Assembly: GCA_964475405.1 (NCBI GenBank)
Contig: CAYYWX010000009.1
Span: 2,407 to 66,406 of the forward strand
DNA length: 64,000 nt
From: an uncultured Verrucomicrobiota bacterium
Lineage (GTDB): Bacteria > Verrucomicrobiota > Kiritimatiellia > JAAZAB01
Direction: 5' to 3'
Every line of letters begins with the position of its first letter. Within the stretch, counting starts at the first letter, position 1. Below the pieces are notes generated by a model. The model saw nothing but the letters and a program-made list of their open reading frames with translations, was not told the origin of the DNA and ran no database searches. The translations under genes were made by a program, and so were the position numbers. Below are positions 1 through 9,150 of the stretch, piece by piece.

Positions 1-76
1 AAATACGGGCGTTTGTCGCGCAACTGCCCGAAGCGCTTGAACCATGATGTAATCAATAAAAAGAGGACAATAAATT

Positions 77-349
77 ATGGATGAAAAAACAAAGGAGTTA
101 ATTGCCATCGGAGCGTCTGTTGCCGCGCATTGTCAGCCCTGCCTGACATACCACCACGCCACGGCGCGGGAATTGGGAATTTCGGACCAGCAAATTCGGG
201 AGGCGATCTCGGTCGGCGAAATGGTGTCAAAAGGGGCGGATAGCGCGATGAGCAATTTTTCCAGAACCGTCTTTGACATGCCGCAGGGAAAAGCCGCCCC
301 ATGCTGTTCCGGCGCGGAAGCATCCGGCAATAAAAAATGCTGTAATTGA
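77..349 (+). CDS. carboxymuconolactone decarboxylase (AhpD-like) family protein with a CxxC motif and a Cys-rich C-terminus
   Basis: 90 aa. Contains the AhpD-core CxxC motif (AAHCQPCLTYHH) and a C-terminal CC...KKCC tail. Sits immediately upstream of the ACR3 gene, a common ars-operon arrangement. Confidence 0.7.
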   Translation: MDEKTKELIAIGASVAAHCQPCLTYHHATARELGISDQQIREAISVGEMVSKGADSAMSNFSRTVFDMPQGKAAPCCSGAEASGNKKCCN

Positions 350-399
350 GATCACTTGAGAGCATGAATCATATAAACAATAATGCAGGAGCTTGAAAA

Positions 400-1458
400 A
401 TGACGGAAAGGATTGCGAGCAAGTTATCTTTTTTGGACCGGTATCTGACCCTCTGGATTTTTATCGCGATGGGGATGGGGGTGTTTCTAGGATACGCCGC
501 TCCGGCATTCGGGGAATGGATCGGATCGCTTCGGCCTGAAGGGACCCAGACCAGCATTCCCATTGCCATCGGCCTGATCCTGATGATGTATCCGCCGCTT
601 GCCAAGGTAAAATACGAGGAACTGGGTGACGTTTTCCGCGATTACAAGGTGCTGGGCTTGAGCATGCTTCAGAACTGGATCGTGGGACCGATCCTGATGT
701 TCCTGCTGGCGGTGGCGTTTCTGCATAATCAGCCTGAGTTCATGATCGGCCTGATCATGATCGGGCTGGCACGGTGCATTGCCATGGTGATTGTCTGGAA
801 TGATCTGGCCAGGGGCAATAGCGAATATTGCGCCGGACTGGTGGCGTTTAATTCGATCTTCCAGGTGCTTTTTTACAGCGTATTTGCCTGGTTTTTCGTC
901 ACGAAACTGCCGCCGCTGCTGGGCCTCTCCGGAGCCGTGGTCAACATCACCATCAAGCAGGTCGCCGAAAGCGTGTTCATCTACCTGGGCATCCCGTTCA
1001 TCGCCGGCATGCTGACTCGACTGGTGTTGGTCAAGCTGAAGGGAAAAGAATGGTATCACGCGCGATTCATCCCGAAGATATCGCCGATCACGCTGGTGGC
1101 GTTGTTGTTCACGATCGTGGTGATGTTCTCGTTACAGGGCGAAAAGATCATCCGCCAGCCGGGCCATGTTCTCCTGATCGCCGTGCCGCTGTTGATCTAT
1201 TTCGTGGTTATGTTCCTGTTGAGTTTCTGGATGAGCAAAAAGGCGGGGGCCGATTACACCAAGTCGGCGACGCTCTCCTTCACGGCGGCCAGCAACAATT
1301 TTGAGCTGGCCATCGCGGTGGCCGTGGGCGTGTTCGGCATCAATCACGGCGCGGCCTTCGCGGCGGTGATCGGGCCGCTGGTGGAAGTTCCGGTATTGAT
1401 CGGTCTCGTGAACGTTTCGCTTTATTTCCGGCGGCGATTCTTCGCGCCGGATGTATAA
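400..1458 (+). CDS. acr3: arsenite efflux transporter, ACR3 family
   Basis: 352 aa polytopic membrane protein. The N-terminus [22 protein letters not shown] closely matches the ACR3/ArsB(YqcL) signature. Confidence 0.9.
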   Translation: MTERIASKLSFLDRYLTLWIFIAMGMGVFLGYAAPAFGEWIGSLRPEGTQTSIPIAIGLILMMYPPLAKVKYEELGDVFRDYKVLGLSMLQNWIVGPILMFLLAVAFLHNQPEFMIGLIMIGLARCIAMVIVWNDLARGNSEYCAGLVAFNSIFQVLFYSVFAWFFVTKLPPLLGLSGAVVNITIKQVAESVFIYLGIPFIAGMLTRLVLVKLKGKEWYHARFIPKISPITLVALLFTIVVMFSLQGEKIIRQPGHVLLIAVPLLIYFVVMFLLSFWMSKKAGADYTKSATLSFTAASNNFELAIAVAVGVFGINHGAAFAAVIGPLVEVPVLIGLVNVSLYFRRRFFAPDV

Positions 1459-1538
1459 CCATCATATTTGATAAATGATGAAATGGCCCGGTAAATATCC
1501 TTGACGAATTGCGCGTAAAAAATATCCTTGTTCCATCA

Positions 1539-2612
1539 ATGAACTCGCGCGAACGCACATTCCTGGCGCTTGAGCATAAAACCGGCGACCGGATCCCCGT
1601 GGATTTCTGGGCGACGGCCACGGTGATAAGCCGCCTGGAACAGGCGCTCGGCGTGACCTACGCCGGTTTCCTGGACCGTTATGACGTTGATTTGCGCCAT
1701 ATTGAAGGCCCGCGTTACATTGGGCCGCCGCTGGAAGACGGCATGGATATCTGGGGCGTTAAGCGAAGCAATGTATCGGCGGGATCCTCCGGCCGGTCAG
1801 AGGCCTACAGCGAGGCGACCGAAGCGCCGTTGGCGGGGGCGGAGTGCGTTGAGGACGTTGAAAAATACGCGCATTGGCCTTCGCCCGACTGGTTTGATTA
1901 CAGCGTCGTGGAAAGCCAATCTGAAGCCGTTCTGAAGGACCAGCGTATCGTCGCTTTCATGGGAGACCGGTTGAACCGGGTGGCCCAGTTGAAGCCGGCC
2001 ATGTACCTGCTCGGGACCGAGAAGCTTTTCATGGACATTGCCATGCGGAGCGAAATCGTCCAGGCCGTCTTCGCGAAAATCAGGAAATTTTACCTTGTTT
2101 ACCTGGAAAGAATCCTCTCCGCCGCCCGGGGCAAGATTGACATCGTCATCACCGGCGATGATTTCGGCGCCCAGAACGGTCCGCTCATCAGCCCGGAAAT
2201 GTGGCGCAACCTGCTCAAGCCCGGCTTCAAAGAATACCTTGACCTGGTCAGGCGGCATGGCGTCGTCAGCATGCATCACACCTGCGGGTCGGTGGTCGGG
2301 ATCATCCCGGACATGATTGAATGCGGGCTGGACATCTTGCAGTCAATCCAGCCCGAGGCGCAGGGCATGGCGCTCGCGGACCTGAAAAATAAATTCGGGA
2401 AAAAACTCTGTTTCCAGGGCGGCATATCAATCCAGAAAATCATGCCCTACGGGTCGCCGGAGGATGTCCGGCGCGAAGTCCGGCGCATCGCGGAGATCGT
2501 CGGGCCGGACGGCGGGTATATTTTCTGCACCTCCCACAATATCCAGGCGGACACCCCGCTGGAGAACATAACGGCCCTGATGGACGCCTATCTTGAATTC
2601 GGCAAATTGTGA
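1539..2612 (+). CDS. uroporphyrinogen decarboxylase (URO-D) family protein, MtaA/CmuA-like methyltransferase or decarboxylase
   Basis: About 357 aa. Has the N-terminal ERxxxxxxxxGDRIPVD and central HHTCGS motifs typical of the URO-D/MtaA fold. The ORF track begins at a TTG at 1509; I prefer the ATG at 1539. Confidence 0.75.
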   Translation: MNSRERTFLALEHKTGDRIPVDFWATATVISRLEQALGVTYAGFLDRYDVDLRHIEGPRYIGPPLEDGMDIWGVKRSNVSAGSSGRSEAYSEATEAPLAGAECVEDVEKYAHWPSPDWFDYSVVESQSEAVLKDQRIVAFMGDRLNRVAQLKPAMYLLGTEKLFMDIAMRSEIVQAVFAKIRKFYLVYLERILSAARGKIDIVITGDDFGAQNGPLISPEMWRNLLKPGFKEYLDLVRRHGVVSMHHTCGSVVGIIPDMIECGLDILQSIQPEAQGMALADLKNKFGKKLCFQGGISIQKIMPYGSPEDVRREVRRIAEIVGPDGGYIFCTSHNIQADTPLENITALMDAYLEFGKL

Positions 2613-2703
2613 AGCGTTTCCCGCTTGCCAGAGTCTGCGCTTATGATATTGTGCGGCCAATTTACAAACACAAACAACCTCCATTTCAAGGAGCAACATC
2701 AGC

Positions 2704-3798
2704 ATGAATGCCATGGACCCGAGAGAACGCGTCAAGAACCTGCTCGAACGCCGACCGGTTGACCGCTCCGCATTTTATGAAAGCCTTTGGCCGGAGACGG
2801 AAAAACGCTGGCGGAGCGAGGGGCGTTTTGCGTCACCCGACCAATCCATCATTGACCGGTTTGACATGGATATTGATCCCTGCTGGACTTTTAACTGCGT
2901 GGCCGACCTTGATTTCAAGGACGTCATTGTCGAGGAGAACGAGGAATCGGTCCTGACCCGGAACGGCAACGGCGCGCTGCTGCGGCACTGGAAAAACAAG
3001 AGCGGCACGCCGGAACACGTTGATTTCCTGGTGAAGGACCGCGCGGGGTGGGAAGAGCACGCCAAGCCGTTTTTAAAACCGGACCGGCGGCGGATCGGTT
3101 TCGAAGCCTACCGCAAGGCAAAAAAATACGCGGCGGAAAAAAAACGCTTTTTCATGTGGGCGGGAGTCAATGTTTTCGAGCAGATGCACCCGGTCTGCGG
3201 CCATGAATACATGCTCATGGGCATGGCGCTCGAGCCCGACTGGGTAAAGGACATGACCGAAACTTACGCCGACCTGACGATCGCCCTCTGGGAGATTTTG
3301 TTCGCCGAGGAGGGATTGCCGGACGGCATCTGGTTTTTCGAGGACATGGGTTTCAAGGGCAAGCCGTTCATGTCCCCGGCGATGTACGCCGAGCTGATCC
3401 AGCCCGCGCACAAGCGCACGATTGACTGGGCGCACGCGCGCGGCCTCAAGGTCATCATGCATTCCTGCGGCTTTGTCGAGCCGCTCGTGCCCGGGATGGT
3501 CGCCGCCGGCATTGACATGCTGCAGGCCATGGAGGTCAAGGCAGGGATGGACGTCATCCGCCTCAACCGCGAATACGGCCGCAAGATCGGCTTCATGGGC
3601 AACATCGATATCCGCGAGATAATCAGCAATGACCGCGCGCGGATTGACGCCGAGCTCAGGAAGAAAATTCTGCCGCTCATGGCAACGCGCACACCCTTTA
3701 TCCTTTCGAGCGATCATTCCACCCCGCCGGACGTGGACTTTGATTCATTCATCTATTTCCGCGACCGCGGCCTGGAATTGACGGCCGGCAAAACATGA
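2704..3798 (+). CDS. uroporphyrinogen decarboxylase (URO-D) family protein, MtaA/CmuA-like
   Basis: 364 aa. URO-D-like motifs (ERxxNLLERRPVDR, MHSCG) and an overall TIM-barrel-like pattern, paralogous to the neighbouring genes. Confidence 0.75.
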   Translation: MNAMDPRERVKNLLERRPVDRSAFYESLWPETEKRWRSEGRFASPDQSIIDRFDMDIDPCWTFNCVADLDFKDVIVEENEESVLTRNGNGALLRHWKNKSGTPEHVDFLVKDRAGWEEHAKPFLKPDRRRIGFEAYRKAKKYAAEKKRFFMWAGVNVFEQMHPVCGHEYMLMGMALEPDWVKDMTETYADLTIALWEILFAEEGLPDGIWFFEDMGFKGKPFMSPAMYAELIQPAHKRTIDWAHARGLKVIMHSCGFVEPLVPGMVAAGIDMLQAMEVKAGMDVIRLNREYGRKIGFMGNIDIREIISNDRARIDAELRKKILPLMATRTPFILSSDHSTPPDVDFDSFIYFRDRGLELTAGKT

Positions 3799-3865
3799 GC
3801 GTTGCGGACGCAAATTGAACTCGACAAAGCTCCTTCCTGAGTCTACATTTTTCAGGTCAACTTCC

Positions 3866-5140
3866 ATGAAAGCCACTGAAAAAAAACAAATGACCGCCAG
3901 CCGGCATGACCGGGATGTTTTACGTAAACTTGGGGAACGAAAGGCCCAGATCGCCTCACTGCCGATCCAGCAGGAGCGCAAAAAAATGTGGGCGCGGCTT
4001 AACCGGCTGGAAAAGGTCAAGCCCATGGTCTGGATCACCGAAACTCCCTGGCACGAAATGAACTCGCCCGCTGAATTGGCGCTGCAGACCTCGGATCAGT
4101 TCTGCCGGGAAATCGAGGCGGAACTGCGCTTTGAATTATACCAGTGGGATCACATGCAGGGCGACATGGTCCTGGAGCCGTGGATTGATTGTCCGCTCGC
4201 GGTCACAAACACCGGGTTCGGGATAGGCGAGGACGTCGACACCATCCAGATGGACCCGAACAGCGACGTGAAATCCAGGCATTTCAAAATCCAGATCCGG
4301 GACGAGAAGGACATCGGAAAAATCAAGGACCCGGTCGTCACCCACGACGCGGCGCTTTCGGAAGAACGATTCCAGATGCTGAACGGGATTTTCGACGGCG
4401 TCATCGCGGTGCGCAAAACCGGCAGACAGGGGTTTGGGTTCGCCCCCTGGGATGATTTGGTCCGCCTGACCGGGGTGGAGGAGGCCCTGACCGACATGGC
4501 CCTGCGGCCGGACTATGTTCACGCGCTGATCAGCCGGTCGGTTGACGCCTACATGAAAATGCTTGACCAGTTTGAGGCGCTGGGGGTGCTGACCCTGAAC
4601 AACCTGAATGTGCGCGTGGGGTCGGGGGCCTATGGCTATACCGACGAGCTGCCCGGGGCCGGGTTTGATCCGGCGCGCGTCAAGCCCGCCGACATGTGGG
4701 GCTTCGCGACCGCCCAGATATTTTCCGAGGTTTCGCCGCAAATGCACTGGGAATTCGCCCTGCAATACGAGCTGCGCTGCCTGGAGCGGTTTGGCCTGAA
4801 TTATTACGGCTGCTGCGAGCCGCTACACAACAAGCTCGAAATCCTGAAACGCGTCCCGCGCCTGAGGAAAATTTCGGCCAGCGCCTGGATGGACGTCCGG
4901 AAGGCCGTCCAGGAAGCGGGCGGCAAATACGTCTTCTCCTTCAAGCCCAGCCCGGCCTGCCTGGCGGAAGACACCTGGCGGCCGGAGCTGGCGCGCAAGG
5001 AGCTGGAAACAAAAATGGATATCATGCGCGGCTGCCCGGTGGAGATCGTCATGAAGGATATAAGCACGGTTCGTTACGAGCCGAAGCGCCTCTGGGAATG
5101 GGCGGCAATCGCCTCTGATGTGACGGAAAAATATTCGTGA
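3866..5140 (+). CDS. hypothetical protein, possibly a divergent URO-D-like domain with an N-terminal extension
   Basis: Long ORF co-directional with its neighbours. The C-terminal YYGCCEP...ISASAWMD...GGKYVFSFKPS pattern resembles the CG...GxKxxFxGG region of the adjacent URO-D paralogs. The start was chosen at the ATG at 3866. Confidence 0.4.
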   Translation: MKATEKKQMTASRHDRDVLRKLGERKAQIASLPIQQERKKMWARLNRLEKVKPMVWITETPWHEMNSPAELALQTSDQFCREIEAELRFELYQWDHMQGDMVLEPWIDCPLAVTNTGFGIGEDVDTIQMDPNSDVKSRHFKIQIRDEKDIGKIKDPVVTHDAALSEERFQMLNGIFDGVIAVRKTGRQGFGFAPWDDLVRLTGVEEALTDMALRPDYVHALISRSVDAYMKMLDQFEALGVLTLNNLNVRVGSGAYGYTDELPGAGFDPARVKPADMWGFATAQIFSEVSPQMHWEFALQYELRCLERFGLNYYGCCEPLHNKLEILKRVPRLRKISASAWMDVRKAVQEAGGKYVFSFKPSPACLAEDTWRPELARKELETKMDIMRGCPVEIVMKDISTVRYEPKRLWEWAAIASDVTEKYS

Positions 5141-5898
5141 CAAAAAAAAGCCTACAGGCAAAGAACCTGCGCAACCTGATGGAAACCGGCGCGTTCCGGT
5201 TCATCGACGATAAGACGCCCTGGTTTCCGTATACGTCCGGCCAGATCGGGCCGTATTACGTCCAAAGCATCTCGGTTGAAAAGGACGGCGCCAGGTACGC
5301 TTGCGCGGTAAAGTCCCTGGTTGACCTGATCAGGGCCGAAATTGGTTCCTTTGACGTCATCTCCGGCGGTGAAACCCGCGATTGGGATTTTTCCAATCCG
5401 GTGGCGGTGCTGATGAAGAAACCCCACGCCAAGATGTACAAGGACGGCCGGCTGATCGGCGCCGGGGTGAAAGGCAAAAAAGTCCTGCACGTGGCCGATT
5501 TGAACAACGAGGGCTCGTCGGTGCGCGATTTCTGGAAACCGATTATTGAAAAGAACGGCGGTTCTCTGGTCGCCGTTGTTTCCTTCGTAGACCGGCTGGA
5601 GGATGGCTACCGGCTTTTTAAAAAAATGGCGCTGAGGTCGCGGAGCGTCGTCCCGCTCGACAAGGCCGCCTGGGATATTATTCTCATGGCTGGCTACATA
5701 TCCGGGGGCGTGCACGCCCAGCTCGTGGCCCGGATGCGGGACCGCAAAGAGTGGGCAACCGGCGCCCTGCTGGACAACCCGGCGTATTTCAGGAAATTTT
5801 ACAAGGCCGAGGCGACGCGCGCCAAGGCGCTCAAGATCATGGAGGCCTACCCGGAAATAAAATCCAAGCTGAAGGAAATCATCGCCGATGCGCATTGA
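5137..5898 (+). CDS. orotate phosphoribosyltransferase-like (type I PRTase fold) protein, atypical, with a C-terminal extension of about 70 aa
   Basis: PRPP-binding-like segment VLHVADLNNEGSS, upstream SGxxxPYYV and FDVISGGETRDW, and VDRxEDG. The GTG start overlaps the upstream stop (GTGA). 253 aa, against about 180-215 aa for a canonical PyrE. Confidence 0.6.
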   Translation: MTKKSLQAKNLRNLMETGAFRFIDDKTPWFPYTSGQIGPYYVQSISVEKDGARYACAVKSLVDLIRAEIGSFDVISGGETRDWDFSNPVAVLMKKPHAKMYKDGRLIGAGVKGKKVLHVADLNNEGSSVRDFWKPIIEKNGGSLVAVVSFVDRLEDGYRLFKKMALRSRSVVPLDKAAWDIILMAGYISGGVHAQLVARMRDRKEWATGALLDNPAYFRKFYKAEATRAKALKIMEAYPEIKSKLKEIIADAH

Positions 5899-6841
5899 TC
5901 CCCATGTCCATTGCCGCGACGGGCGGCAGAATTACAAGGAAACGATCGAGCATGTTTTCCGGCTCTGCGACCAGCAGCGCATTGACATGATCTTTGACAT
6001 GCCGAATGCCGATCCGCCGGTTTTAAGGACCGGGGACCTTGAAAACCGGCTCGCGCTCGTGCCGCGGAACGACATGCTGCGTTACCGTGTTTTCCTGGGC
6101 GCCACCGCCGATGAAAACCAGCTTAAGGAGGCGGTCGCGCTCGCAAAGGAATGCAAGCAGGTGGCCGGGCTGAAATTGTACGCGGGACAATCGGTCGGCG
6201 CTCTGGCAGTCTGCGCCGAGAACGACCAGCGCAAAATTTACGAGACGCTGGCCGCCCTCGACTATCGCGGCGTCCTGGCCGTGCATTGCGAGAAGGAGAG
6301 CTTGTGCAAGACCGCATTTGACCCGCAAAAGCCGGTCACGCACTGCTTCTGCCGGCCGGTCCAGGCGGAAACGCGCTCAATCGAGGACCAAGTCAGGTTC
6401 GCGCGCGATTCCGGGTTTCACGGCGTTCTGCATGTTTGCCACATATCCGCCGCGGAATCGGTCGCGTTGGTCAGGGCGGCCCGGGCGCAAATAAAAATAA
6501 CCTGCGGCGTCACGCCCCATCACTTGTTATGGTCAAACGTCCAGATGAGCAGCCGCGACGGGCTGCTCTACAAGGTGAACCCGCCCTTGCGCGAGATAAC
6601 CGACTGCATCACCCTGCGCCGGGCGCTCAAGGCGGGGGACATTGACTGGATTGAAACCGACCACGCGCCGCACCCGATCAGCGAAAAGCTTTATGCGCCG
6701 TATGCGTCCGGATACCCCTCCATCTGCCTGTATGGCGACCTGGTTGACAATATTCTCCCGATGTGGGGATTGAATGAAAGCATGATCAGGAGCGTGACCT
6801 GCGACAACATCAAGAAAATATTCATGGAAAGGAGCCTCTAA
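5888..6841 (+). CDS. dihydroorotase-like cyclic amidohydrolase (class II PyrC-like)
   Basis: DPHVHCRDG (HxH metal ligands), LAVHCE, HVCHIS and ETDHAPH match E. coli-type dihydroorotase landmarks. 317 aa, slightly short for a class II enzyme. Overlaps the upstream gene by 11 nt. Confidence 0.7.
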   Translation: MRIDPHVHCRDGRQNYKETIEHVFRLCDQQRIDMIFDMPNADPPVLRTGDLENRLALVPRNDMLRYRVFLGATADENQLKEAVALAKECKQVAGLKLYAGQSVGALAVCAENDQRKIYETLAALDYRGVLAVHCEKESLCKTAFDPQKPVTHCFCRPVQAETRSIEDQVRFARDSGFHGVLHVCHISAAESVALVRAARAQIKITCGVTPHHLLWSNVQMSSRDGLLYKVNPPLREITDCITLRRALKAGDIDWIETDHAPHPISEKLYAPYASGYPSICLYGDLVDNILPMWGLNESMIRSVTCDNIKKIFMERSL

Positions 6842-6842
6842 A

Positions 6843-8078
6843 ATGAAGGTTCAGGATTTGAGGGGTGAGAAGGTTGGCATCTGTGTTTCAGGCGGATTGG
6901 ACAGCCGGACAATTACTAAAAAACTGACGGAAATGGGGGTCAAGGTGTTGTGCTTCACGGCCGATCTCGGCCAGCCGGACGAGACCGATATCCGGCAAAT
7001 TCGCGCCCGGATGGCGCCCTGCGGCGCCGCTACGCTCATCGTTGACCTGAAAGACGAGATGGCCGCGGCGTGCTTCCGGGTGCTCAAGGCGCAGGCCAGG
7101 TACGACGGCGGTTACTGGAACACGACCGGCATCGCGCGCGCGGTGACCGTGCGCGGCCTCCTGCCGGAAATGCTCAGGCGCGGCTGCACCGTCCTGTGCC
7201 ACGGCGCCACCGGCCGCGGCAACGACCAGGTGCGCTTTGAGCGCTATACCAACGTCCTGGCGCCGAAAATGAAAGTTTACGCGCCCTGGCGCGACCCGCA
7301 GTTGCTGGCCGAGTTCCCGGGCAGGACGCAGATGGCCGCCTACTTGAACCGGTTCGGCATCAAATCTTTTGCCGGCGGCAAGAAAAAATATTCCACGGAT
7401 GCCAACCTGGCCGGGCTTTCGCATGAGGCGGAAGACCTGGAAAGCCTGCTGACCCCCTGCACGATCGTCAAGCCGACCATGGGCGTCTGGCCGGACGACG
7501 CGCCGGGCAAGGTGGAAATATTCAGGGTTGTTTTCAAGTCGGGCCGGGCGGTTAAAATCAACCGGAAAAAGGTGACGCCGCTTGAAGCGATGCGCCTGGC
7601 CAACAAAATCGGCGGGCGGAACGGGATCGGCCTTAAACACGCGCTTGAAAACCGGATAATCGGCACGAAGAGCAGGGGGGTTTACGAGGCGCCCGGGATG
7701 GAACTGCTCGGGCGCTGCCTGGAATTTGTCTACCAGGCGGTTCTCGACCGGCGCGCAACCGGGTTGTTCCGGGAATTATCAGGGCTGGTCGCCAATCAAA
7801 TTTATGACGGCCGCGTCTATGACCCGGCCACGCGCGCGGCGATGAAGGCCATTGACAGCCTCGCCGAACGGGCCTCGGCTGCGGTCCAGGTCGGGCTTTA
7901 CAAGGGCAATATTTACTTCCAGAAAATGTCCGATTGCCCCGGCTCGCTTTATAACCAGGACGACTCGTCCATGGAAGAAAGCGCCGGCTTAAACCCGGTC
8001 AGCTCGCAGGGTTTCGTGGAAATCCAAAGCGTCGAAGCGCGCGGCCTGGCCCGGGCCGGGCAGATCAAGCCTGAATGA
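6843..8078 (+). CDS. argG: argininosuccinate synthase-like PP-loop ATPase (E. coli-type ArgG)
   Basis: SGGLDS PP-loop, TADLGQPDE, YSTDANLAGLSHEAEDLESL and ENRIIGTKSRGVYEAPGM closely parallel type II ArgG. Starts 1 nt after the upstream stop. Confidence 0.8.
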   Translation: MKVQDLRGEKVGICVSGGLDSRTITKKLTEMGVKVLCFTADLGQPDETDIRQIRARMAPCGAATLIVDLKDEMAAACFRVLKAQARYDGGYWNTTGIARAVTVRGLLPEMLRRGCTVLCHGATGRGNDQVRFERYTNVLAPKMKVYAPWRDPQLLAEFPGRTQMAAYLNRFGIKSFAGGKKKYSTDANLAGLSHEAEDLESLLTPCTIVKPTMGVWPDDAPGKVEIFRVVFKSGRAVKINRKKVTPLEAMRLANKIGGRNGIGLKHALENRIIGTKSRGVYEAPGMELLGRCLEFVYQAVLDRRATGLFRELSGLVANQIYDGRVYDPATRAAMKAIDSLAERASAAVQVGLYKGNIYFQKMSDCPGSLYNQDDSSMEESAGLNPVSSQGFVEIQSVEARGLARAGQIKPE

Positions 8079-8112
8079 AATTGCAATTGAATTATTATAA
8101 AGGAGAGATTTT

Positions 8113-9138
8113 ATGACCAGGGAACCAAATTTTGACAACCTGCTTAAGGTATTGAGGCGCGAAAAACCGGACAGGCCGACGCTGTTTGAGTTTTTCCTGA
8201 ACATGCGGCTTTATAGAAGGCTGGCCGGGGCGGCGTATACCGAAAGCTCCGATGTGCTGGCCTCCACCCGGATGGTTGTCGCCGCGTTTACAAAAGCCGG
8301 TTATGACTACACGTCCGTGGCCGGGTCGGCATTTAACTTTGAAACGGGCGCGCACGATCACGAAAGCACGATTTCGCTCAACCAGAATCCATTGATCACC
8401 GACCGGAAAAGTTTTGACGCCTACAAGTGGAACGAGCCGGATGATTTTGATTATAATTCCCTCAAGCAGATTGAGCCGGATATTCCCGCCGGGATGCGCC
8501 TGATTGTCTACGGCCCGTGCGGCGTCCTTGAAAACGTGGTCAGGATCGTCGGGTATGACAACTTGTGCATGATGCTTTATGACGACCCGCAACTGGTGGG
8601 CGATGTTTTTGAAAATGTCGGGAAGCGGTTGATCCGGCATTACGAAAAATGCGCCCCGTTCAAGACGGTCGGGGCCTGCATTTCCAATGACGACTGGGGA
8701 TTCAAGACCCAGACCATGCTTTCCCTTGAGCAGATGCGCAAATATGTCTTTCCCTGGCACAAGCGCATCGTGGAAACGATCCATGCCGCCGGCCGGCCGG
8801 CGATCCTCCATTCCTGCGGCAAGGCGGACGATATAATGGGCGACATCATCAACGACATGCGTTACGACGGGAAACATTCGTTTGAGGACGCGATCATGCC
8901 CGTTGAGCAGGCCTACCTGAAATGGGGGCGGGAAATAGCGATCCTGGGGGGACTGGACCTTGATTTTATCTGCCGATCCTCCCTGGATGTCATCCAGAAG
9001 CGCGCCAGGGCCATGCTCGCCCTCGCCGCCCGGGACGGAGGCTATGCCCTCGGCACCGGCAACAGCGTTCCTGACTTTGTCAGCGACGAGAAGTATTTCG
9101 CGATGATCGGCGTGGTAACGGAACAGGGCAAACCTTAA
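8113..9138 (+). CDS. uroporphyrinogen decarboxylase (URO-D) family protein, MtaA/CmuA-like
   Basis: 341 aa. N-terminal REKPDRPTLFEF and central HSCG motifs, as in the URO-D family. Fourth paralog in the cluster. Confidence 0.7.
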   Translation: MTREPNFDNLLKVLRREKPDRPTLFEFFLNMRLYRRLAGAAYTESSDVLASTRMVVAAFTKAGYDYTSVAGSAFNFETGAHDHESTISLNQNPLITDRKSFDAYKWNEPDDFDYNSLKQIEPDIPAGMRLIVYGPCGVLENVVRIVGYDNLCMMLYDDPQLVGDVFENVGKRLIRHYEKCAPFKTVGACISNDDWGFKTQTMLSLEQMRKYVFPWHKRIVETIHAAGRPAILHSCGKADDIMGDIINDMRYDGKHSFEDAIMPVEQAYLKWGREIAILGGLDLDFICRSSLDVIQKRARAMLALAARDGGYALGTGNSVPDFVSDEKYFAMIGVVTEQGKP

Positions 9139-9150
9139 TCCCGGGAAAAT

